Source: Basidiobolus meristosporus CBS 931.73
Taxonomy: Eukaryota > Fungi > Basidiobolomycota
Reading direction: 5' to 3'
DNA length: 64,000 bases
NCBI GenBank assembly: GCA_002104905.1
Contig: MCFE01000031.1
Span: 62,001 to 126,000 of the forward strand
Shown here: piece by piece, positions 52,816 to 64,000 of the stretch
Layout: each line of letters opens with the position of its first letter
How positions within the stretch are numbered: the stretch's first letter is position 1
The notes under the pieces: generated by a model
Told to the model about the DNA's origin: nothing
The model's database searches: none
The model's input: only the letters and a program-made list of their open reading frames with translations
Position numbers and translations under genes: made by a program

Positions 52816-55800
52816 TGTTGTATGAGTCTTGGAGATAATGGAAGTAATTGGGAAGACAAGTAGATTATTTGGTTTTCACTTAATGTTTTATTGAATGTGA
52901 AAGTAGTATTTATACTTTCACCTGGTCTTGGCATTACAAACACAAAGAATAGGCTAAGGAAGGTCCCAAGGACATGTGTGCAAAGTTTGGGGCTGTTTGG
53001 ACAACTTTGACAATTTCATGTTCTGGGCACCTGGCATTTTGGTGAAAATATTCTAAGTAAATCCCAACAAGGAATTTGGTCAGTATTCTCTAGGATTTGA
53101 AAGTGATGATCTAAGTTACTCAGTTAGGTGAATATTTAGGTGAAAATACAAATTTTTACAACACTCCCACTCAGCTAAATGCTCATACTGACTAGTCCTA
53201 ATTTTGACCTAAAATATTCAAACTTGTCTCTAGCTAATGGTTTGGTATATATGTCTGCAATCATTTCATCTGTAGGGCAGTAAACTAAGCTGACTAAGTT
53301 ATTCTCTATAGCTTCACGTATGAAATAATGCCTAATATCTATGTGCTTAGTTCTAGCATGAAAAGTTGGATTTCTACCTAATTGTAAACATCCTTGATTA
53401 TCTTGAAATATAGTAATAGGCGTTTTTTGACATAGGCCTAAATCTGTAAAAGGTTTTCTTAACCACATTGCTTCTTTTGTAGCTTCACAGGCTGCCATGT
53501 ACTTTGCCTCTGTGGTAGAGAGTGCTACAGTTGGTTGCTTTCTTGAGTTCCATGAAATTGCACCTTTACAGTAAAGAAAGGTGTATCCTGTGGTGGATCT
53601 TCTGTCTTCTAAATTTCATCCCCAATCAGCATCAGAGTATCTCACAAGATCCCATTCTGAGTCCTTATAAGTGTATCTTAAGCAGATATCAGCAGTTCCT
53701 TTTAGGTATCTAAAAATCTGCTTTACTACTGCAATATGATCAGATCCATAGTTCTGATTATGTTGGCTGACAACTCCCACTGAATATGAGATATCTAGAT
53801 GTGTTCCAAGCATGATATACATCAGACTGCCAACCATAGATTAATAAGGAAAGTCAGGGCTTTCAGACGGCACCAAGCTCTCTTGATTTGGTTGAGTTTT
53901 GACCAAGTTAAGGTTTGACTTCATTGGGGTATCTGGCGGTTTACAGTCTTCCATTTAGTACTTCTTTAGTGTATCTTGAATATACTTGGATTGACTTAGG
54001 GTGATAGTTGGGGTATTTCTGTCTAGGGAGAACTTAATCCCTAAGTAGTAACTAAGTTCTCCTAGATTGGACATCTTGAACTCCTTAGATAGGCTGGATT
54101 TAGTCTCTTCCAATGTTTCTAGGTTATTGGCGGCTATAATAAGATCATCCACAGATAGAGCTAATAGAACTGGATTGGCTCTATCTGGCTTATAGTATAT
54201 ACTATAGTCAGCATTACTTCTTTTGAAACTCAAATATTCCAAATAAGAATCTATCTTGCAATTCCAGGCTCTTGGTGATTGTTTGAGACCATATAGTGAC
54301 TTTTTAAGCTTGCAGACCAAATTAGGGTTACCGTGGTCAACAAACCCATCAGGCTGGTCCATATACACATCCTCATCAAGTTCTCCATTCAAAAATGCAG
54401 CTTTTACATCCATTTGATGAATAAAAAGCTTATATTTGGCTGCAATAGCCAATATTAATCTGATGGAATTAAACTTTGCTACCAGTGCAAAGGTCTCAGT
54501 ATAGTCAAGTCCTTTTGTTTGAGAGTATCCTTTGGCTACAAGTCTTGCTTTGTATCTTTCAATTGTATCATCAGCCTTGTATTTTGTCTTGAAGACCCAT
54601 CTGCATCCAATTGATTTTTGGTTAATTGGTAATTTGACCAAGTCCCAAATTTGATTTTCCATTAGAGCCTGATATTCCTTGGTCATTGCAGACCTCCAAA
54701 ACTTTGTCTGAGGGCTATTTAGGGCCTCTTTTACAGTCTGGGGTTCATCAATAAGGACTGAACAGGCATAGGCTAAGTTTGTACCCTCATTGATATAGTA
54801 ACTTGGGCTATTTCTTGTCTGATTGGATCTCCGGGCATTTGATACTGGAATGATCACTTCTAGGATATTCCTGGGAGCTGATTCTGGCTGAACCATGGTT
54901 GTAGAGTTCTCTGGAGTGAAGAAATTCTCATTGCTTTGCTCTGATTCAATCCTGACAGTTGGTGGACTTGAGATCAAATATTTGTCATCATCTGATGTCA
55001 TTTTTTGTGAAAATTTTGAATTTTCATCAAACAACTCATCCCTGGATTTGATCAGCTTCTTTGCTTTGGTATTGTAGAGTCTGTATGCCTTACTCTCATT
55101 GCAGTAGCCCAAAAATATGCACTTTACACTTTTTGGCTCAAATTTTGACTGATGTTGGGCCAGTTTTTGTAGCATATACTGTGCACCCAAATATTCTTAG
55201 ATGTTCTGCACTTGCTCTGTATCCATACCATGCTTCAAATGGAGTAGAGTCATGAAGTATTCTATTATAACTCCTATTTTTAAGGTATACAGCAGTGGCA
55301 ACTGATTCCGCCCAAAAATCATAGGATAATTTTTGATCATGGATCATTGATCTTGCCATATCAATTATTGATCTGTTTGCACATTCTGCTATTCCTTTTT
55401 GCTGTGGGGTGTATGGTAGAGTAGTCTCTTGCTTTAACTCATGAATTTTGCAAAAGTGGATGAAGAGTTTTGAGGTATATTCTCCACCATTGTCAGAGGG
55501 TATTTTCTTGATTTTTTCACCAGTTTCTCTCTCCACCATGGCTTTAAACTCCCTGAACTTAGACAGAGCTTCTTCCTTTCTCTCCATGAAGTAAACCCAT
55601 GTGTATCTTGCATAATCATGAATAAAAGTGATTGAATACTTCATCCTGCTGTAGTGGGGTGACAGTGACACCCACTGACAGATGAGCTCATTCCCTTATT
55701 TTCTACTTCCCTATATCTCTACTACACTTATTTTAGTTTTATCCCATTTGTCTTACCCAATCAGTACTATCCCATAAGCTGGTTGACTATCACACCTGCT

Positions 55801-58149
55801 TACCTTATTGCATAAGTTACCCCTCACTTTATGTAAGATTACTAGCTATAAGTACTTCTATATTAGGCGAGTACCCGCGCCAGTACCTGTGACACATGAT
55901 CAGTCCATGTCACCATCCCTACCATTCCCATACCATATATGGTATCCCCATGTTACACAGGTTTCAGAATACTGATTCCTGATTGGTCGGATGTGCTGTG
56001 CCTCTTAGAACCTTCCAGCACCTACTTAGAACATTCTTAGGTCATTCTGATGTCATTAAGATTTCTATTGATCTCCGGAACCTTCTGGAACACCATGATT
56101 AGTAATCACTTAGCCAGTGAGAAAAGTATATAAGCGAGGCTATCCCTCAACAATAAATCATCATCCCTTTTATCAATATACCGACTTGTTGATTAGTGTG
56201 ATCACTGCTACCTGCTGCTACCTGAACTTCCAACCCCAGACCACAGGACACTCCCAGGAAACCGCGCTGACAGCCAACTGACCTTGGAGGCACTACTTGT
56301 GAGGAATACTCAGAGTAGGTATCTTTTATTATATTTGATTCTTTCCCAAGTTTGTTCTTGTACAGGCAAAGATACTTTTCTGTCTTTGTAACTATTGACC
56401 ACAGCTGCATTCTTATCAGGTCCCTGCTGGTGGAGTTTACAGTTGTTTTGACTTTGGAAGCTTTAGTACATTGTCATCTCAAAGGACGCCAAACCCAGCA
56501 CATACTTTTGTTAAGACACCAACTAAGTTGAGGATTGTAGCTCAATAGTTTTCCCTTGACAAGCTTGTGGCTTTATTCCCCTTCACATTAGATTAGAAAC
56601 AGAACCCAAGTATTCCTAGCAAGCTTTTGCCAGAGGTTATTGCACCCAGTGAACACCCCACACACAAAACACTTGAGAAGTGTTGGACGTATCTCTCCCT
56701 TGGACCTATACACCACCACACCGCCTAAGGATAAATTTTACATAGGTCCACACAGATCTGAGTGAATTAGTTCTAATTTTTTCTTAGTTTTGATTAACCC
56801 AGAGCTCTTGAACGGCTGTCTGGCTTGTTTCCCATATATGCAGGCTTCACAGTGCTCCAAATTAGCTGTGGGATCAATTTTCACTCCAGAAATTAGCTGA
56901 TCTTTGATCATTTTACGCAAAAAATTAAAATTGATGTGTCCAAATCTCCTGTGCCAAAGCATTGGTGTTTCTTCATTGAAGTTACTTATATTGGCTTCCA
57001 GATATGATGGAAAATGAGTTAACCTGTATAGATTCTGATCTCGGATGCCCAAGGCACTGGTCTGATGTGTGTCCTTTCCTTTTGCAGTAGTTGCAAAACA
57101 GGTTGCTGTTGCCTTTGTAGGGTCTTGGGTACCTCCTTTGTTGGCTATCATTGATTATTAAAGCATTTTCTTCTTCCTTCTTAATAGAGCTTGATTTTCT
57201 TAATTCTTCATCCAGGAGCCTTCCATATACATAATTTAAGGTCAAATCTTCAGTTCTGGACTCTAGGGCTTGTACAAGGCCCTGAAACTTGTCTGTCAGG
57301 CTATTCAGGATGGTAACTATCACATCTTCATCATTAGTTGGTATGCCCACAGATTCCATCTCATCTACCTGCAGGGTAAATCTGTTGATTAGATTTTTCA
57401 TTTCTTCTCCTGGCAGCATCTTTGTAGTAAAGAATTTTTGTCTCAGATACATTTTCTTAGCAGCTGAACATGATGGTAGGTGTCTTCTAATGCTTTCCAG
57501 GCATTCTTTGCTGCTTTTGCTCTTGAGCATTGAATTAGCAGTTTGTCCTTGACATTAAGGCAAATGCAGTTAAAGGCACTTTGTTCTTTCTTCTGGTACT
57601 TTAAGGCTTCCTCTCCCACATTTTTAGGAGGGCATTCTTCTTCCATTACAATCTCCCAAAGGCCTCTTTCTTGTAGCAGCATCTTCATCTTCACCTTCCA
57701 CACTTGGCAGTTAGATCCATCCAACTTTTCAGCCAAGGGAAAAGTTCCTGTAATAGAAGTAGTAGACATTGCAGATAGTGACAGCATGGGGCTCATAACC
57801 TGTTGTAAGAGTCTTGGAGATATTGGAAGTGATTTGGAGGACAAGTAGATTATGTGGTTTTTGCTTAATGATTTATTGAATGTAAAAGTAGCATTTATAC
57901 TTTTACCTGGTCTTGCCATAACAAACACATAGAATAGGTTAAGGAAGGTCCAACGAACATGTGTGCAAAGTTTGGGGCTGTTTGGACAACTTTGAGAATT
58001 TTCATGTTCTGGGTACCTGGTTTTTTGGTGAAAGTATTCTAAGTAAATCCCAACAAGGAATTTGGTCAGTATTCTCTAGGATTTGAAGGTGATGATCTAA
58101 GTGACTCAGTTAGGTGAATATTTAGGTGGAAATACAAATTTTTACAACA
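52816..58149 (-). mobile_element. Copia-A copy A2 (two LTRs, protease deleted, nested solo LTR-F)
   Basis: LTRs 52816-53163 and 57801-58149; PBS 57789-57800; PPT gagtgggag; TSD tatga/tatca; RT ORF 53955-55190; RH 53175-53498. Confidence 0.93.
55650..56720. mobile_element. Solo LTR, family F (1071 bp)
   Basis: TGTAGTGG...CCACCACA; flanks ctgc/ccgc; empty site catcccgcctaagg seen in A3. Confidence 0.88.
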
Positions 58150-59676
58150 TATCAAAGGAAGACTTCTGCATGAAGAACTCAGATATAATGATAAAGCAGA
58201 GAAAAAAGAAGACAATGGTTTATTCAGCTCCAAAAGGCAACAGAAAAGAAGGGAAAGCAACAAAACCAAAGAAAACCTGGTTACTGTAAACACTGTAAGA
58301 ACCCAGGACACTGGGCAAGAAAATGCTAGAAGAAACAAGCAGACAAAAGACTGGAACTGGAGCAGGCAAACCACATAAATACTGATGAACAGCTATTTTT
58401 AACTGCACAAGAGTGTGCAAGTGACCAAAGAAATGAGTGATACATTGGCTCTAGATCATCACAGCATATTTGTGGCACAAAGGAGTGGCTCACTAACTTA
58501 GAGACTATTCCTGTAAGCAAGGTTTATCTGAGAGACAACTCTGCACTAAAAGCTACCATTGGTGGTTCTATTCAACTAAATATGAATGATATCTCAGGGG
58601 CTACAACAGCAAAACTGACTGACATACTCTATGTACCTGGAATAGCTAATAACCTACTCTCAGTCACTAAAGCAACTGCTCAGGGATTGAAATCTGCTTT
58701 TACTAAGCTGAGCTGCTCAATATTGAGTGAAATGGACAAAAACTAGCTTTGGGAATCGAAGATCACAATATACAAGTTACAATGCATGATCATTGTACCT
58801 GAGTATGTAAACATTGCTGAGACTGATGAAACTGACACAGAGATGTGGCTTAGGAGGCCAGGACACATTGGGAAACAGAAAATGTTCCAATTGGTGAAAA
58901 ATCAGCTTGTTTCAGGCCTTAATTACTCAATTCCAATCAAATTGAGTGTCTGAAAGGGATGTTCATATGGTAAGCAAGCTAGGCTGCATTTCAGGAGCTC
59001 AGAAGGCATCAACACTACCAAAGTATTGGTCATTGTACACTCAGACATATGTGAGCCCTTGAGAACACTGCCTTTTGGAGCCAAGATATACTTTATGGTG
59101 TTTATTGATGACAAGACAAGATATAAATGAATGTACTTACTGAAAACAAAGAATGAGGCTTTAAAGATGTTCAAACACTTCACAAATATGGCAGAAACAC
59201 AAACTGGGTGTAAACTGAAGGTACTTCAAAGTGACAATGGAGGGGAATACTGCTCAAAGAAGTTGGCAAAATACTGCTCATCCACCAGTATACTTCAACA
59301 GACCATTGTTTCACATACCCCACAGCAAAATGGATTAGCAGAATGTGCAAATAGAATAATAGTAGAGCTGGGTAGAACTATGCTACATGATAAGAGAAAG
59401 GACTACATGTTCAGAGCTGAATCTGTTGCTAGCACGGTATACACCAACAAGAGATACCTGACAGCACCACTATGTGATTCTCCACCCTTTAAGGCATCTA
59501 CAGGCAAAAAATCTAGACCTCCAGCACCTCATGATCTTTAGCAGTGGTGTCTTTTATCACATTCCTGACAAAAAATGCTCAAAGCTGCAACCAAAGAGTA
59601 GAGTAGTGATCTTTCTTGTGTATTGTGATGATACTAAAGGGTACAGAGTGTATGATGGCAAAATTCAGAAGCTGAT

Positions 59677-60322
59677 GAGCAAAAACAGCAAAGAATGTCT
59701 GGAAGGCATTAGAAGACACCTGCCAGTCATGTTCAGCTGCTAAGAAAATGTATCTGAGACAAAAACTCTTTACTACAAGGATACTGCCAGGAGAAGAAAT
59801 GTAGAATATAATTAACAGAATAACCCTGCTGGTTGATAAATGGAATATGTGGGTGTACCAACTACTGACAAGGTTGTGATAGTTACCATCTTGAATAGCC
59901 TGACAGACAGGTTTCAGGGCCTTGTATCTGCCCTAGAGTCCAGAACTGAAGATTTAACCTTAAATTATGTATTAGAAGGCTCCTGGATAGTGAATTAAGA
60001 AAATCAAGCGCCAATAAGAAGGAAGAAGAAAATGCTTTAATAGGCAATGATAACCAACAAAAGAAGTACCTAAGACCTTACAAAGGCAACAGCAACCTGT
60101 TTTGCAACTACGGAAAAAAGAAAGGACACACATCAGACCAGTGTCTCAAAATGAAAGATAATCAGCAAAAGAAGCCTGAATATGGAAATGCTGCTACAAC
60201 TGAAGATAGACTATTCATATCAGTATTAAATGTGACCACAAACAAGGATTCTCAGATGTGGCATATTGACTCTGGAGCATCTCAACACTTTACCCACCAA
60301 AAAGAACTTCCTACCCAATATC
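59677..60322 (+). mobile_element. Copia-A gag-protease fragment (A4)
   Basis: Collinear with 10310-10950; joined to the B4 integrase at GAGCA. Confidence 0.85.
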
Positions 60323-62350
60323 TGTTGTAAAAGTTTGTATTTCCACTTAAGTATTCACCTAACTTAGTCACTTAGATCATTACCTTCATATCCTAGAGTA
60401 TACTGACCAAATTCCTTGTCTGGATTTACTTAGAATACTTTCACCAAAATACCAGGTACCCAGAACATCAAAATTCTCAAAGTTGTCCAAACAGCCCCAA
60501 ACTTTGCACACATGTTCTTTGGACCTTCCTTAACCTATTCTACATGTTTGCTATACCAAGACCAGGTAAAAGTATAAATACTACTTTTACATTCAATAAG
60601 TCATTAAGTGAAAACCAAATAATCTACTTGTCCTCCCAGTCACTTCCAATATCTCCAAGACTCTGACAACAGGTTATGAGCCCCAAGCAGTCACTCTCTG
60701 CAATGTCTACTACTGCTATTACGGGAATTTTTCCCTCTGCTGAAAAGTTGGATGGATCTAACTGCCAAGTGTGGAAGGTGAAGCTGAAGATGCTGCTACA
60801 AGAAAGAGGCCTTTGGGATATTGTCATGGGAGAAGAATGCCCTCCTAAAAATGTGGGAGAGGAAGCCTTAAAGTACCAGAAGAAAGAGCAAAGTGCCTTT
60901 AACTGCATTTGCCTTAATGTTAAGGACAAATTGCTAATTCAATGCTCAAGAGCAAAAATGGTAAAGGCTGCCTGGAAGGCATTAGAAGACACCTACCAGT
61001 CATGTCCAGCTGCTAAGAAAATGTATATGAGACAAAAGTTCTTTACTACAAAGATGCTGCCAGGAGAAGAAATGAAAAATCTAATTAACAGAATTACCTT
61101 GCTAGTAGATGAAATGGAATCTGTGGGCGTACCAACCGATGATGAGGATGTGATAGTTCCAATCTTGAATAGCCTGACAGACAGGTTTCAGGGCCTTGTA
61201 TCTGCCCTAGATTCCAGAACTGAAGATTTGACCATAAATTACATATATGGAAGGCTCCTGGATGAAGAATCAAGAAAATCAAGCGCCAATAAGAAGGAAG
61301 AAGAAAACGCTTTAATAAGCAATGATAGCCAACAAAGGAGGTACCCAAAACCCTACAAAGGCAACAACAACCTGTTTTGCAATTACTGCAAAAGGAAAGG
61401 ACACACATCAGACTGGTGTCTCAAAAAGAAAGATAATCAGCAAAAGAAGCCTGATTATGGAAATGCTGCAACAACTGAAGATAGACTATTCATATCTGCA
61501 CTAAATATGACCACAAACAAGGATTCTCAGACGTGGTATATTGACTCTGGAGCATCTCAACACTTTACACTCCAAAAAGAACTTTTTACCCAATATCAAG
61601 AAATTCCAATTAAGAAGGTTTTCATGGGTGACAATAGAATACTTGATGAAGTGGGCAAAGGAGCTATCCAAGTAAACCTAAGAAGCAGTGAAGGAAGCTA
61701 TACACTGACTTTCAAAGAAGTACTCTATGTAACAGAAATAGCCAAGAACCTACTGTCTGTAAGCAAGGCCACTGCAGAAGGACTCAGTTTCAGCTTTGAC
61801 AATTCTGGATGCAAAATCCCTGATCAAAATGGTGCCCATATTGCATTGGGTATCAGAGATCTGAATCTTTACAAGTTGACTTATATTCCATCATATTTGG
61901 AGGCCAATATAAGTAACTTAAATGAAGAAAGACCAATGCTTTGGCGCAGGAGATTTGGGCACATCAATTTTGATTATTTGCGCAAAATGATCAAAGATCA
62001 GCTAATTTCTGGAGTAGAAATTGATCCCCCAGCTAATTTGGAGCACAGTGAAGCCTGCATATATGGGAAACAAGCCAGACAACTGTTCAAGAGCTCTGGG
62101 TTAATCAAAACTAAGAAAAAATTAGATCTAATTCACTCAGATCTGTGTGGACCTATGCAAAACTTATCCTTAGGCGGGATGAAGTATTCAATCACATTTA
62201 TTGATGATTATACAAGATACACATGGGTTTACTTCATGGAGAGAAAGGAAGAAGCTCTGTCTAAGTTCAGGGAGCTTAAAGCCATGGTGGAGAGAGAAAC
62301 TGGTGAAAAAATCAAGAAAATACGCTCTGACAATGGTAGTGAATATACCC
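60323..62350 (+). mobile_element. Copia-A copy A3 (5' LTR 60323-60671, PBS, gag-PR-IN), truncated at an inversion junction
   Basis: TG..CA LTR, GGTTATGAGCCC, uninterrupted ORF. Confidence 0.92.
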
Positions 62351-62355
62351 AATAA
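60676..62355 (+). CDS. Copia gag-protease-integrase polyprotein, 559 aa (3'-truncated)
   Basis: KLDGSNCQVW, CNYCKRKGH, WYIDSGAS, LWRRRFGH, LIHSDLCGP, FIDDYTRY, IRSDNGSEY. Confidence 0.85.
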   Translation: MSPKQSLSAMSTTAITGIFPSAEKLDGSNCQVWKVKLKMLLQERGLWDIVMGEECPPKNVGEEALKYQKKEQSAFNCICLNVKDKLLIQCSRAKMVKAAWKALEDTYQSCPAAKKMYMRQKFFTTKMLPGEEMKNLINRITLLVDEMESVGVPTDDEDVIVPILNSLTDRFQGLVSALDSRTEDLTINYIYGRLLDEESRKSSANKKEEENALISNDSQQRRYPKPYKGNNNLFCNYCKRKGHTSDWCLKKKDNQQKKPDYGNAATTEDRLFISALNMTTNKDSQTWYIDSGASQHFTLQKELFTQYQEIPIKKVFMGDNRILDEVGKGAIQVNLRSSEGSYTLTFKEVLYVTEIAKNLLSVSKATAEGLSFSFDNSGCKIPDQNGAHIALGIRDLNLYKLTYIPSYLEANISNLNEERPMLWRRRFGHINFDYLRKMIKDQLISGVEIDPPANLEHSEACIYGKQARQLFKSSGLIKTKKKLDLIHSDLCGPMQNLSLGGMKYSITFIDDYTRYTWVYFMERKEEALSKFRELKAMVERETGEKIKKIRSDNGSEYTQ

Positions 62356-64000
62356 GTATTCTGTTATAACTCCTATTTTTAAGGTATACAGCAGTGGCAA
62401 CTGATTCTGCCCAAAAATCATAGGATAATTTTTGATCATGGATCATAGATCTTGCCATATCAATTATTGATCTGTTAGCATGTTCTGCTACTCCATTTTG
62501 CTGTGGGGAGTATGGTACAGTAGTCTCTTGCTTTATCCCATGAATTTTGCAGAAGTGGATGAAGAGTTTTGGGGTATATTCTCCACCATTGTCAGAGCGT
62601 ATTTTCTTGATTTTTTCACCAGTTTCTCTCTCCACCATGGCTTTAAACTCCCTGAACTTACACAGAGCTTCTTCCTTTCTCTCCATGAAGTAGACCCATG
62701 TGTATCTTGTATAATCATCAATAAAAGTGATTAAATACTTCATCCCACCTAATGATAAATTTTGCATAGGTCCACACAGATCTGAGTGAATTAGATCTAA
62801 TTTTTTCTTAGTTTTGATTAACCCAGAGCTCTTGAACGGTTGTCTGGCTTGTTTCCCATATATGCAGGCTTCACAATGCTCCAAATTAGCTGGGGGATCA
62901 ATCATCACTCCAGAAATTAGCTGATCTTTGATCATTTTACGCAAATAATCAAAATTGATGTGTCCAAATCTCCTGTGCCAAAGCATTGGTGTCTATTCAT
63001 TTAAGTTACCTATATTGGCTTCCAGATATTATGGAATATAAGTAAAGTTGTATAGATTCTGATCTCTGATGCCCAAAGCAACATGGGCACCATTTTGATC
63101 AGTGATCCTGCATCCAGAATTGTCAAAACTGAAACTGAGTCCTTCTACTGTGGCCTTGCTTACAGAGAGTAGGTTCTTGGCTTTCTCTGGTACATAGAGT
63201 ACTTCTTTGAAAGTCAGTGTATGGCTTCCTTCACTGCTTCTTAGGTTTACTTGGAAAGTTCCTTCTCCCACTGCATCAAGTGTTCTATCATCACCCATGA
63301 AAACCTTCTTAATTGGAATTTCTTGATATTAGGTAAAAAGTTCTTTTTGGAGTGTAAAGTGTTGAGATGCTCCAGAGTCAATATACCACGTCTGAGAATC
63401 CTTGTTTGTGGTCATATTTAGTGCAGATATGAATAGTCTATCTTCAGTTGTTGCAGCATTTCCATAATCAGGCTTCTTTTACTGATTATCTTTCTTTTTG
63501 AGACACCAGTCTGATGTGTGTCCTTTCCTTTTGCAGTAGTTACAATGCAGGTTGCTGTTGCCTTTGTAGGGTATTGGGTACCTCCTTTGTTGGTTATCAT
63601 TGCTTATTAAAGCATTTTCTTCTTCCTTCTTATTGGCACTTGATTTTCTTGATTCTTCATCCAGGAGCCTTTCTTATATGTAATTTAAGGTCAAATCTTC
63701 AGTTCTGGACTCTAGGGCTGATACAAGGCCCTGAAGCTTTTCTGTCAGGCTATTCAGGATGGTAACTATCACATCCTCATCAGTAGTTGGTATGCCCACA
63801 GATTCCATCTCATCTACCAGCAGGGTAAATCTGTTAATTAGATTTTTCATTTCTTCTCCTGGCAGCATCTTTGTAGTAAAGAATTTTTGTCGCAGATACA
63901 TCTTCTTGGCAGCTGAACATGACTGGTAGGTGCCTTCTAATGCTTTCCAGGCATTCTTTGCTGTTTTTGCTCTTGAGCATTGAATTAGCAGTTTGTCCTT
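62351..64000 (-). mobile_element. Copia-A copy A5 (integrase back to gag; runs off the window)
   Basis: ORF 62312-62986 (HSDLCGP, SDNGGEY, PQQNGVAE); protease and gag fragments up to the window edge. Confidence 0.9.

Larger units (their letters stand above)
51860..59676 (+). mobile_element. Copia-B copy B4 (LTR 51860-52226, gag to integrase), interrupted by copia A2
   Basis: gag reads ..ttagacta|tatca|aaggaagactt across the A2 insertion; SDNGGEY integrase ORF 59131-59541. Confidence 0.85.

Noticed and set aside
1-64000. tRNA, rRNA or other structured RNA genes
   Set aside because: None recognised by eye; the only tRNA-related sequences are the primer-binding sites.

Overview
Fungal genomic window with two sharply different halves; the species cannot be determined from the sequence. 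Bases 1-~6.1 kb are a CpG-rich gene block: the 3' part of a Sin3 co-repressor gene with a single +1 frame break at ~1260, a 6-exon ArfGAP-UBA-UBA-polyQ gene (Gts1/SMAP-like) and an intronless calnexin. From ~6.7 kb to the end (57 kb) no host gene is recognisable, only a deeply nested, CpG-depleted transposon graveyard. It contains: (i) a CACTA/EnSpm-type DNA transposon family with CCCTA(C/T)G ends, including one complete copy with a 3-bp TSD, a Transposase_21-type ORF and a large divergent accessory ORF; (ii) ~733-bp foldback elements and 211-bp MITEs sharing AGACTTGTTC ends and 3-bp A-N-T TSDs; (iii) two Ty1/copia families (A, B) and a non-autonomous LTR element (D), all with a half-tRNAiMet-type primer site; (iv) a Ty3/gypsy family (E) and 1071-bp solo LTRs (F). 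Element boundaries, TSDs and percent identities were read by eye, not computed. Family letters are my own labels.
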